A stretch of DNA of 64,000 bases from Oscillospiraceae bacterium (lineage in GTDB: Bacteria > Bacillota > Clostridia > Oscillospirales > Acutalibacteraceae). The notes under the pieces were generated by a model. It saw nothing but the letters and a program-made list of their open reading frames with translations. It had not been told where the DNA came from and searched no databases. A program made the position numbers and the translations under genes. Shown here piece after piece: positions 28,565-37,383 of the stretch; within the stretch, counting starts at the first letter, position 1, and each line of letters begins with the position of its first letter. Where the stretch lies: the NCBI GenBank assembly GCA_012520505.1, contig JAAYOC010000011.1, positions 9,686 to 73,685 on the forward strand, in the 5' to 3' direction.

Positions 28565-30388
28565 CTAACTTTCGTCTTCTTTTTTCCTAACAGCATACAT
28601 TGCAAAAGCACTTGATGCCATAAGCATTAGAGTTGCAACAATTTCACTATTATCAGCTGTAGCAGCAACTGTTTCCGCCGGTGCTTCAGGAGTTTTCTCA
28701 AATACATCACGCATATCAAAGAACGTTCTCTTATTGTTTTTAAGTCTGTAATATGCATTAAGAGCTTGGAAACCTTGTGGTGTACCAAAAGAATCTTCAG
28801 AAGGACCACCCGGAGTCATTGCAAATCCGGCACCCTTAACATATGCGCGAAGTAGCGCATCAAGTAGACTACCCTCTGTCTTTACAAAACGTGGGTCTGT
28901 CGCAGGGTCAATACCAAGTGAGCAAACTGCAAGAATTACCTGTGCAGTCGTAGCAGTATTTTCTGAACCCCAGTTGAGATATGCACCATTAGAAGCTTGA
29001 GCATTAGAAAGAAGTTTGAGAGCCTTATCTACAGCAGTCTTAACTTCCAGATTGGTCTTGTAATAAGGAGCAAGGGACTGAATAACCATTGCGGTTGTGT
29101 CAATATCCATGTTAGTTCCATCAAAGCCCCAGCCACCGTTAGTAACCTGTTTTGACAGAATGTCTTTAACAATTTCGTCAGCTGTTGCATCGCCGCCGGC
29201 CGCTTTAATTTCATCCCAATAATCATTTGTATCAATTGCAAGAAGTGCATAAGCCTCAGATGTAATCCAAAGTGCTTTAATATCTGCAAGTTTCATAAAA
29301 GGAGTAAGGTAGTTTCTACCTTCAACATTGGATGCATCAAAACCGAGTGATGTCAATGCAAACACAAGAGCCGACCTCGAATCTTCCGGCTTTTTATTTT
29401 TAAGAATATCCGCAACATACTTTTTAAGATAATCATCTGAGTACTTATAACCTGCACGTGCGAGAGGCATAATTACATCTTCAATACCGGATTCCGGAGT
29501 ATCCTTGATAGAATCATTCATATATTTGCCTACTGCTTTGTAGATGTTATCAAAAGTATCTGCCGGTTTTGTAGTGGTGAGTTCAAACTTAGTGTCATCT
29601 GCATAATTAATTTCTGTTTTTGCACCATTTTTAACAGTTACAACTGCTATAGGTGGAACAAGAATCTCATTTGTTGGGTCGCCACTTACAGCACTTACAT
29701 AATATGTTCCCTCTGTACTGAAAAGTATAGAAGCAACACCTGGTGTTGTATAGTTATTTCCATCGCCTGTAAACTGACCGGTCGGAACAAGTTTTCCATC
29801 TTCACCAACAAGTGCGAGCTGTGCACCTTTAGTTTCAGAAATAATAGGAGCATAACTTGGTGGTGGCTCATAACCAGAAATATTCTTCAATAGAAAATCA
29901 ATCGATGTATACGGTGGAATGTTGGCAGTTACCACATCAAAATATGAGTAACTGTCTGAAAAATTAACCTCATCAACATAGATATAAGCATAAAGCTGGT
30001 CTCCATCAGACACGACATCGTTAGTACTCCAAGCAAAGACATTATTTACAAGATATCCAAATGAACCACTCGTGTCTCCCCAAAGTTCAAACATGAAGTT
30101 ACCATTTGATGCGTATCCTTTACCTGCAGGAGCATAGTCTTCATGTAGAATATGGAGCGCGTCATCAATTGTGAGCTTCCCATCTTGCCCAGGATCACCA
30201 TTTGCATCACAAACATCTGTAACTTCAATTGGCAACTGAGCTACTAATTTACTGTTTTTTGTAACAGCAAAATCACCTTTGACTGTAAGTGTTACAAACA
30301 CAGTTGTTGGATCTTCGGCAATAGCCGAAATCGGAATGAGGCAAATACACATAACAAGTGTAAGTGCAAAAGCAATAAATTTTTTCAT
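28565..30388 (-). CDS. Secreted, C-terminally membrane-anchored protein: DUF4430-like domain plus prenyltransferase/terpene-cyclase-like alpha-toroid repeats
   Basis: 607 aa. Signal peptide MKKFIAFALTLVMCICLIPISAIA-ED. The N-terminal beta domain ends ...GYLVNNVFAWSTNDVVSDGDQLYAYIY (DUF4430 pattern). Repeats follow, such as QVTNGGWGFDGTNMDIDTTAMVIQSL and NAQASNGAYLNWGSEN. The C-terminal TM segment is followed by RKKEDES. Confidence 0.7.
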   Translation of the reverse strand: MKKFIAFALTLVMCICLIPISAIAEDPTTVFVTLTVKGDFAVTKNSKLVAQLPIEVTDVCDANGDPGQDGKLTIDDALHILHEDYAPAGKGYASNGNFMFELWGDTSGSFGYLVNNVFAWSTNDVVSDGDQLYAYIYVDEVNFSDSYSYFDVVTANIPPYTSIDFLLKNISGYEPPPSYAPIISETKGAQLALVGEDGKLVPTGQFTGDGNNYTTPGVASILFSTEGTYYVSAVSGDPTNEILVPPIAVVTVKNGAKTEINYADDTKFELTTTKPADTFDNIYKAVGKYMNDSIKDTPESGIEDVIMPLARAGYKYSDDYLKKYVADILKNKKPEDSRSALVFALTSLGFDASNVEGRNYLTPFMKLADIKALWITSEAYALLAIDTNDYWDEIKAAGGDATADEIVKDILSKQVTNGGWGFDGTNMDIDTTAMVIQSLAPYYKTNLEVKTAVDKALKLLSNAQASNGAYLNWGSENTATTAQVILAVCSLGIDPATDPRFVKTEGSLLDALLRAYVKGAGFAMTPGGPSEDSFGTPQGFQALNAYYRLKNNKRTFFDMRDVFEKTPEAPAETVAATADNSEIVATLMLMASSAFAMYAVRKKEDES

Positions 30389-30408
30389 TTTGTCTCCTTC
30401 TTTCTTTT

Positions 30409-31359
30409 TTAGCGGTAAATACCGTATTTTATTTTAACTCTTTCGAGTTTGGTTATGAGAGTATCACCAAAAAGGTATGTACAAAGAGCAGCTGTAACAG
30501 CATGCATCAAATCATAAGGTGTACCTGAAATATAAAGAGCACGAAGTGTTCCCAGACCTACGTCAGCAGCACCCGCGTAACCAATAGAAGTAACCATAGA
30601 ACAGAAATTCATTATGCCGCCATAAATTATGAAAGTGGTAAAAAAAGTGTAGAGAGTAATAGTTACATTGTCAGCAGGAAGACGTTTTCGTTGGAACAAC
30701 ACACCAAGGATAAGACCAAGTAGACCAAAGGCATAAAGGCGCCATCCGAAAAATGTTTTGTCAGCTCCCGGGAAAAACATATAACTCACCCAAGCCGCAA
30801 CTATTGAAACGATAATACAAATCACGGGACCAAAAACAGCTTGGAACTGACGTTTATTCTTTTGTTCCATAGTTTTTGACTTGAGGTCAATTTTATTAAA
30901 CGCAAGACCTGCAAGAAATCCGAGTACTCCCCAGGAAAACATTTGCCATGGAGTCCATGAACCCTGTCCTAAATAAAAATTAATTACAAATCTTGAAAGT
31001 GCACCAATTAAAAAACCTGCTTCAGGACCTAAAGAAATACCGGAAATTATTATTATTGCTGTACCAATTTGAACAGGAATAGAAACATGCAATATTATTT
31101 GACAAAAAACTGTAATCGCCGACATCATAGCAATCAAAACTATTTCTCGAGCCATAGGTCGTCTACGTTCAAAAACCATAAAGAATGGTAGAAGTGTGTA
31201 TAGTAATACCAAAGTACTTACCAAAATATAATGTTCTTGTCCGATAAAATAACCAAGAATAAATGTAAGCGGCATAACAACAAATATAAGAAACGCCGAC
31301 ATTATGGTGCGTTTTTTGCGTGCCGCTGCAATTTTTCCTATATCGTAGCTTTTACGCAA
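30409..31359 (-). CDS. Polytopic membrane protein, probable ECF transporter substrate-capture (S) component
   Basis: The ORF track starts at TTG 31377. The TTG at 31359 sits 7 nt after GGGGGAGG and is favoured. About 8 hydrophobic segments. It follows ecfT and ecfAA' in one operon. The S-component call comes from context and topology, not from a recognised motif. Confidence 0.6.
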   Translation of the reverse strand: MRKSYDIGKIAAARKKRTIMSAFLIFVVMPLTFILGYFIGQEHYILVSTLVLLYTLLPFFMVFERRRPMAREIVLIAMMSAITVFCQIILHVSIPVQIGTAIIIISGISLGPEAGFLIGALSRFVINFYLGQGSWTPWQMFSWGVLGFLAGLAFNKIDLKSKTMEQKNKRQFQAVFGPVICIIVSIVAAWVSYMFFPGADKTFFGWRLYAFGLLGLILGVLFQRKRLPADNVTITLYTFFTTFIIYGGIMNFCSMVTSIGYAGAADVGLGTLRALYISGTPYDLMHAVTAALCTYLFGDTLITKLERVKIKYGIYR

Positions 31360-33047
31360 GACGCAACCTCCCCCCAAGTAACAGCTTCCGGGAAATAAGC
31401 TCTTCCAATACGGTTTGCCGTAGTTGTATAGAAACTGTTGCCATTAAAAAACTCTTTAGGTTCTTCAGTACAAACAATTGAACCGTCAAAAATTAATGCA
31501 CACATGTCTGCATATTCAGCACAAAACTCTATGTCATGAGATACCATAAGGATAGTTATTCCATTTTCAGTTAAGTCTTTGAGTATCTTTGCGAGTGAAA
31601 TCTTAAAGAAAGGATCAAGCCCCTTTGTAGGTTCGTCTAAAAGCAAGATTTCAGGTTTTCTAAGAAGTATTTTAGAGAGAGCCAGACGTTGCTGTTCACC
31701 ACCTGAAAGATCATACGGATGTAGTTCTCTCAAATGAGAAATCTCCATTAACTCAAGCATTTCATCTATCTGCTTTATCATTTCTTCTGTAGTTATTGTG
31801 ATGCCATTAAATGCAGCCAGAAGCTCTTCCTCCACAGTAATTTCAGTAAAAAGTGCCTGTGGATTTTGTGGAAGTGTTGAAAAAGTTCCATTAATTTTAA
31901 CTGAACCTCGTTGTGGTTTGACAATACCCGTTATTGATTTTATGGTTGTTGTCTTTCCAACACCATTTCCACCAAGTAGCGCAAAAAGTTCCCCTTTTTC
32001 CACCTCAAGATTTAATCCTTTTAAGACGTAATCTGCAGTTTTGTCATATTTAAACCAAATTTCCTTCGTCTCTATTATTGGTTCCTTAACTTTCCGCTTT
32101 GCAATATTTTTATTAAAAATTCTTTCTCTAAAACTCTCCTTAATATCTTCGTTCAAACTTTCTTTAAACGGCAGTATTTCGTCTGTATATTCCTCATTTT
32201 TAGGTTCTCCGAGCTTTTCTTCAAGCCAAAGTCGACCTTCTCGTACGTTTAGCGGGCAGTCTGCCTTCCAATCCCCATGCTTTTCAACTTCACTATAAAT
32301 TTTAATAACGGAAGGCAGGCCGAAAAACATCGGATGTTCTTTCTCAGTCAGTGATTTCGCAACTTTTTTCGGCTTATCATCAGCGATGATACTGCCCGCA
32401 TCCATAACTACGACTCTATCGGCTATTGGAAAAAGTTCTTCCAAGCGATGTTCAGAAATAATAATTGTTGTACCAAGGTCTCTATTAATTCTATTCAATG
32501 TTTTTATAAAATCAGAAGCAGCTATTGGATCAAGCTGACTTGTTGGTTCATCTAAAACTAACACCTTTGGCTGCATAACCATAATTGATGCGAGGTTTAA
32601 AAGTTGTTTTTGTCCGCCGGATAAATCTGTAACATTCTTCATAAACCAGGTTTGAATATCAAAAAAACTTGCCATCTCAGCTACACGTCTTCTAATTTGC
32701 GCATTAGTAAGTCCGAGTGATTCCAAACCAAAAGCGAGTTCATGCCACACTTTATCAGTAACAAGTTGATTATCAGGATTTTGCATAACAAACCCAATTT
32801 CTGTAACACTTTGTCTATCATTGAGCTCAATAATATCGATACCCTTATAGAGAACCTCTCCAGAAACGGTTCCATAAGGTGTCAAGTTTTTCTTTAAATG
32901 GCGAAGCAGAGTTGTTTTACCACAACCCGATTTTCCGCAGATAACAACAAACTCTGATCTATCAACCGTAAAATTTATATTGTTAAGTGCCTTTTTTTCA
33001 GTCTCAGGATACGAGAAAGACAAGTTTTTCAGTTTAATCATTTCCAT
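31338..33047 (-). CDS. Fused tandem ECF-transporter ATPase (EcfA-EcfA')
   Basis: Two ABC cassettes (GKSGCGKTTL/LSGGQKQ/LDEPTSQLD and GGNGVGKTTT/LSGGEQQ/LDEPTKGLD). The ATG at 33047 (MEMIKLKNLSF) is preferred over the GTG at 33062. Confidence 0.9.
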   Translation of the reverse strand: MEMIKLKNLSFSYPETEKKALNNINFTVDRSEFVVICGKSGCGKTTLLRHLKKNLTPYGTVSGEVLYKGIDIIELNDRQSVTEIGFVMQNPDNQLVTDKVWHELAFGLESLGLTNAQIRRRVAEMASFFDIQTWFMKNVTDLSGGQKQLLNLASIMVMQPKVLVLDEPTSQLDPIAASDFIKTLNRINRDLGTTIIISEHRLEELFPIADRVVVMDAGSIIADDKPKKVAKSLTEKEHPMFFGLPSVIKIYSEVEKHGDWKADCPLNVREGRLWLEEKLGEPKNEEYTDEILPFKESLNEDIKESFRERIFNKNIAKRKVKEPIIETKEIWFKYDKTADYVLKGLNLEVEKGELFALLGGNGVGKTTTIKSITGIVKPQRGSVKINGTFSTLPQNPQALFTEITVEEELLAAFNGITITTEEMIKQIDEMLELMEISHLRELHPYDLSGGEQQRLALSKILLRKPEILLLDEPTKGLDPFFKISLAKILKDLTENGITILMVSHDIEFCAEYADMCALIFDGSIVCTEEPKEFFNGNSFYTTTANRIGRAYFPEAVTWGEVASCVKATI

Positions 33048-33925
33048 TTTCTTGTCCCCCACACGTCAAGTAATATAGGCAATAAAAGAAGTAAAAAATA
33101 ACTTACCACCGATACCATCAAAAGAGGAGTAACTTTTCCTACATCAATTAATGGGTAAAAATACATTTGCCCTACACCTTGAGAAAAACCGAAAATGGTA
33201 ATTCCCCCGAAAATAACCATTAAAACTAACAAAACTGAATCACGTCTTGAAAACTTAAAAATTGTAAATGAAGTTCTTCCTCTCAAACCATATCCTCTGG
33301 CAGCCATAGAATCGGCAGTTTCAATCGACGACTCAAGTGACCATGAAATAAGAATTGACACCTCTTTAAGCCTCAAGCTAATCTTATCTCTAATAGACAT
33401 TTTTTGATTTCCAACCATTGATTGCTGCCCTTGATGAATTTCAGCATATCGAGTTTTCAAAAGCGGTACAAAACGAAATATCATAGAAAGTGTAAGTCCT
33501 ATTACAGGTGCGAACTTCCCAAAAATATATACAAGTTTTTCAGAGTTCATAATTCTGTTGAAACACGAAAACCATACAATTACAGTTGTTAACATAATTG
33601 AAGAGACAAGACCATATATAAAGGCTTCTTTTGTAATCCGGTTATCGTTCAAGTAAAAAAGTACCGTTGCTCCGTTATGTGAAAAGAAACCGTTGATAAA
33701 TGTCATAATTATTCCAACTACAAACATAGTTGCGATATTAAATTTTAATGCGGGCATTCCGCCAAGTAACACAGAGTATATATATGCACAAACCACTGAT
33801 ACACTTAAAAAAATAGGATTTAATGTAAACATAGTTATACCGACAGCCAATAGAAAATAACAAAGATTTACTATTGGATGGTATTCAGCAAATTCAGATG
33901 TAATTAAAATTCCTTGCTTCAACAT
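33038..33925 (-). CDS. ecfT: ECF transporter transmembrane (T) component, CbiQ/EcfT family
   Basis: 295 aa, multi-TM, with the characteristic cytoplasmic ARG-type coupling motif (SMAARGYGLRGRT). Confidence 0.85.
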   Translation of the reverse strand: MLKQGILITSEFAEYHPIVNLCYFLLAVGITMFTLNPIFLSVSVVCAYIYSVLLGGMPALKFNIATMFVVGIIMTFINGFFSHNGATVLFYLNDNRITKEAFIYGLVSSIMLTTVIVWFSCFNRIMNSEKLVYIFGKFAPVIGLTLSMIFRFVPLLKTRYAEIHQGQQSMVGNQKMSIRDKISLRLKEVSILISWSLESSIETADSMAARGYGLRGRTSFTIFKFSRRDSVLLVLMVIFGGITIFGFSQGVGQMYFYPLIDVGKVTPLLMVSVVSYFLLLLLPILLDVWGTRKWK

Positions 33926-33944
33926 GCTTTCCCCTACTTAAAAA

Positions 33945-34691
33945 CTAAAAAGTCAACACATAATACCAAAGGATTGTCTCATTACCCTGCAATCTATATG
34001 AGCTGCAACCATAATTAGGTGCAACACCATTTACCTGATACATCCAACCACAATAAGGGTATTGTGTACCACAAGCCTTTTCATAAAGATAATTTATCCC
34101 TTTAACATATCGTCCGCTCATACCACTTCTTTCAGAATCTAATTGAATCTTATTCGCCATACAAACATCAAAAAGTACCTGATATACCGACGTTCCCTTA
34201 TCACATGTCACAGTAGTTTTTTTCAAAATTGTTCCATCTTTTGGTATATGTTTTAACATCTCCTCACTTTGGTTTTCCAAAACTGATGTATCTTTTGATA
34301 TTTCATCACATCGAATTTCAATTGTAACGAAAATTTTCTCTACTACTTTTTTTGTACCCGGCTCAGCAGAACTTCCCGGGTTTGGTTTCGTATTTATCTC
34401 ATTCTTTTGCCCTGTTGATTTTTTGGTCCCATCCTTTTTAGATGTTGAAATATTTGTTGCGACCTCTGTATTAGAATCATTATGAGCATTGCTTTGAGAA
34501 TCAGTTAAGTCTTCTTCTTCAGTTTTTTTATCAACAGTATTTGCAATTGAGCCCTTCGGCGATTTAGTTTCCGGGCCCTTTTGTTCAAACTTCAAAGTCG
34601 ATATTCCAAAAACAATGGCAATAATGAGTAAAGCACTAATGATAATGCTGCGAATTCTTTTTATTCGAATTTTCTTTTCTAAATCGCTCAT
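33945..34691 (-). CDS. Membrane-anchored DUF4430-domain protein (transcobalamin beta-domain-like, putative corrinoid binder)
   Basis: 248 aa. N-terminal TM anchor, a low-complexity S/T/K/E linker, then a C-terminal domain ending CGWMYQVNGVAPNYGCSSYRLQGNETILWYY (DUF4430 signature). First gene after the cobalamin riboswitch. Confidence 0.75.
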   Translation of the reverse strand: MSDLEKKIRIKRIRSIIISALLIIAIVFGISTLKFEQKGPETKSPKGSIANTVDKKTEEEDLTDSQSNAHNDSNTEVATNISTSKKDGTKKSTGQKNEINTKPNPGSSAEPGTKKVVEKIFVTIEIRCDEISKDTSVLENQSEEMLKHIPKDGTILKKTTVTCDKGTSVYQVLFDVCMANKIQLDSERSGMSGRYVKGINYLYEKACGTQYPYCGWMYQVNGVAPNYGCSSYRLQGNETILWYYVLTF

Positions 34692-34721
34692 TACAATTCA
34701 CCGTATGCTTCTATTTTCTAA

Positions 34722-34755
34722 TAAAAAAACCTGTGAGCAAAAACGCCCACAGGTC
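34722..34755 (-). terminator. Intrinsic terminator forming the riboswitch expression platform
   Basis: The minus strand reads ACCTGTG-12 nt-CACAGGT followed by T7. It lies between the aptamer and the start codon at 34691. Confidence 0.75.
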
Positions 34756-34839
34756 ACTATGAAACAACTAAATTAACTCTTAAGTTTTCCATTTATCTAT
34801 GTACGTCTTAATTATACTCCGCAATTGACAGTACAGTTT

Positions 34840-34980
34840 AAAGCAGGTCTCCTGACTAAAGAATCATTACAAACTTGGCCTTCTCGGTTTCCCAATGGCA
34901 TTTCAAGTTCATTCCTCTATTACAGTGGCGGGACCGTACAAGATTTTCACTTGTTTCCCTCTTAGCTTGAAGTACAACTC
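34840..34980 (-). promoter_or_regulatory. Cobalamin (AdoCbl) riboswitch aptamer
   Basis: The minus strand reads ...AAGAGGGAAACAAGTGAAAATCTTGTACGGTCCCGCCACTGTAA...GCCATTGGGAAACCGAGAAGGC...AGTCAGGAGACCTGC. The conserved core segments and the B12 box (34843-34857) are present in the canonical order. Confidence 0.88.
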
Positions 34981-35019
34981 CAAGAACTTTAAACCCTTTA
35001 TATTTAATTTTCACCAAAT

Positions 35020-35048
35020 ATTATATGTGAAATGGGACATTAAAGCAA
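35020..35048 (-). promoter_or_regulatory. Sigma-A promoter driving the riboswitch/ECF operon
   Basis: The minus strand reads TTGCTT-17 nt-TATAAT, about 40 nt upstream of the aptamer. Confidence 0.55.
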
Positions 35049-35215
35049 CAACTCATTACACTTTTTCTCTATAAATGTAAGGTTCAATATACCCATAACG
35101 ACCAATATGTGTTGTATAACTATTGTGAACGCATAAAATAAGTGTTAAGATATATATATGCAATGGTTAAGGAGAAAATGAAAACCCAAACATTTGGACA
35201 AATGGAGGTATAACT

Positions 35216-35836
35216 ATGAATCTTATCAAAAAAATTGTAGCTACTTTACTTGTACTCGTTCTCGCTTTTAGTTTCACAGGATGTGGTAAGAAAGCACAAG
35301 AAGACTCAAATAAAAACGGCAAACAAGAAAAAGTTACCACTGAAGAGAAAAAGGATAAAAAAGAAGTAAAAAAAATCTTAGCTGAAGAATTAGTTACTAA
35401 GGAAGAAATGTCTGCAATTACAGGATTTGAAATAGAAACTATTGACCTTTACGATAATGACTTTTTAGGATTATTAGGTGGAAATTATCGTCCGGCAAAC
35501 GAAAAACGCAAAGGCTTCACCCTTTATTGCTATCAACAACCTTACTGCGGAGCAGCAAATGACGATGTAGACCACCCTGAATTTAATCGTACGGTAAAAG
35601 CTGAATATGAAAAGTATAAGTCTTGGAGAGTAGAAAATAAAACACTGGAAGTAGTTGAAGATCTTGGACAAGATGCTTTCTGGGACACCGCCGGTGACAC
35701 ACTGTTTGTGCTCTACAATGATGATTACTATCTAAACATAACAGACAATGTTTCCAAGGATTCTGCTACAAAAAAGGCAATCTCAATCAAAATCGCAGAA
35801 AAAGCTGTAGAAAGTTTATCTGAAAAAGTAAAATAA
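35216..35836 (+). CDS. Lipoprotein of unknown function
   Basis: 206 aa. The signal peptide has the lipobox LAFSFTG-C. A K/E-rich linker is followed by a globular domain. GGAGG SD. Confidence 0.75.
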   Translation: MNLIKKIVATLLVLVLAFSFTGCGKKAQEDSNKNGKQEKVTTEEKKDKKEVKKILAEELVTKEEMSAITGFEIETIDLYDNDFLGLLGGNYRPANEKRKGFTLYCYQQPYCGAANDDVDHPEFNRTVKAEYEKYKSWRVENKTLEVVEDLGQDAFWDTAGDTLFVLYNDDYYLNITDNVSKDSATKKAISIKIAEKAVESLSEKVK

Positions 35837-35867
35837 ACATAATAAAAAACTGCATACCTTAACCACA

Positions 35868-35893
35868 AAAGGCACTGCTTAAGCAGTGCCTTT
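35868..35893 (+). terminator. Rho-independent terminator after the lipoprotein gene
   Basis: AAAGGCACTGC-TTAA-GCAGTGCCTTT followed by a T-rich tail. Confidence 0.75.
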
Positions 35894-36126
35894 ATCTTTA
35901 AAGCATGTGTATGTATATACATAATTTAGTTGAATTGAAGTGCAATTTTCATCAAATAATCAATAAGTTTTTCCGCAAGCTCACAACTTTGTTGTACCTT
36001 AATCAAAGTAGTTTATTGTACAAATTATATACAAACTTGTTTGCCAGCAAACCTTTAACTTTCATTTTTAAGAGTTTAGTGTTAAAATTAAAATACCTTT
36101 TCAAAAAAAGTCTAGGAGGAGATATA

Positions 36127-37371
36127 ATGTTTGGAAAAAACAGATTAGAAGTTTACAATCAAAAACACCAACGATTGATTGATGCTGCTGCCGGTAGAAT
36201 TCCTGACAGAGTACCTGTTACAGCACTGGTTGAAACCTTTGCTCTTGCTTATTCAGGTGTCACTCTCAAAGAGAGTCAGGAAAGCATGATAAAACATCTA
36301 AAAGGTTATAAGAAGATTTATGAAGATGTATATTTTGATTGTGCTTTCACACCTTGTATGTCTCATGCTCTTAACTTTGGTTGGGCACTTGACTCAGATG
36401 TTTTCTTTATTTCTGATGACGGATATACACTCCAACATAAAGAATATTGTCCGATGACTGAAGATGACTATGAAGCACTTATTGAAAATCCTCTCGAATG
36501 GATTATAAATGAATTCATGCCAAGAAGATATCCAAAACTCAACGCTTCAAATGCAGAACAGCTAAAGGCTTTTAAGAAAACTCTTATACCTGTTATAAAA
36601 TTCGCAGGTCAACTTATGCTTAACACTACCTACTTCAAACAAGTGCTTCAAGTTCCGGTAATGGTTGGAGGAAGTGCAGAAATGCCTTGCGATATGCCTT
36701 TTGATTATCTTCGTGGTTTTAAATCAACACTTACTGACATTCGTCGCCGTCCGGATATTTATGAGAAAGCTGTAAATACCCTTTTGGATTTCTGCCTTGA
36801 TGTTATGACAATGACCCATATATTAATGGCATCTCCAACCTCTTCGCCTGCATGGCTTCTTGACAATGTTATTCATTCAGTAATTGGTTCCAGAAGACCT
36901 AGATATAAAGAGTTCCCTTGGATTTTTAATCCGGCACACATGCCTCCATTCCTCTCTCCGGAACAGTTTGACCGTTTTTATTGGCCAACATACAAAGCAA
37001 TGGTTGAATTTATTCATGAAAATGGCGGAAAAATGTTCACGCTTCTTGAAGGAAACTGGGGCAAAAATGTTGATAGGCTTCTTGAACTTCCTGATCATTC
37101 CTGCGTTGTTATGGTTGAAAATGACAACCTTGCTGATGTTAAAAAAAGACTGGAAAATAAATTCTGTGTAATGGGTGGTATGCCACTCGCAATGCTACGA
37201 GATTCAACTGTTCAAGAATGTGTAGACCATGCTAAGAAGGTTGTTGATGAAATGGCTCCTGGTGGAAACTTCATTTTCTGTAATGATAAAGTTCTCTTAG
37301 CACCTGGCGATGCACAAATTAAAAATCTTCAAGCAGTAAATCAATTTGTACATGTTTATGGTCAATATTAA
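36127..37371 (+). CDS. Uroporphyrinogen-decarboxylase (URO-D) superfamily protein, function unknown
   Basis: The ORF-track ORF starts at 35905 and its extension overlaps the terminator and promoter region. The ATG at 36127 follows AGGAGGAGATATA. The C-terminal half (FLSPEQFDRFYWPTYKAMVEFIHENGGKMFTLLEGNWGKNVDRLLEL...VMGGMP) resembles the URO-D/MtaA TIM-barrel pattern. I saw no HxC zinc motif. Confidence 0.6.
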   Translation: MFGKNRLEVYNQKHQRLIDAAAGRIPDRVPVTALVETFALAYSGVTLKESQESMIKHLKGYKKIYEDVYFDCAFTPCMSHALNFGWALDSDVFFISDDGYTLQHKEYCPMTEDDYEALIENPLEWIINEFMPRRYPKLNASNAEQLKAFKKTLIPVIKFAGQLMLNTTYFKQVLQVPVMVGGSAEMPCDMPFDYLRGFKSTLTDIRRRPDIYEKAVNTLLDFCLDVMTMTHILMASPTSSPAWLLDNVIHSVIGSRRPRYKEFPWIFNPAHMPPFLSPEQFDRFYWPTYKAMVEFIHENGGKMFTLLEGNWGKNVDRLLELPDHSCVVMVENDNLADVKKRLENKFCVMGGMPLAMLRDSTVQECVDHAKKVVDEMAPGGNFIFCNDKVLLAPGDAQIKNLQAVNQFVHVYGQY

Positions 37372-37383
37372 GGAGGAAAAGTA

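Noticed and set aside
35905-36126. N-terminal extensions of track ORFs: 35905-36126, 43959-44102, 45851-45928, 54329-54370, 60775-60852 and 26185-26208.
   Set aside because: Each extension covers terminator, promoter or hairpin sequence, or overlaps the upstream gene. Each lacks an SD, whereas an internal start has a good SD and yields the canonical N-terminus.
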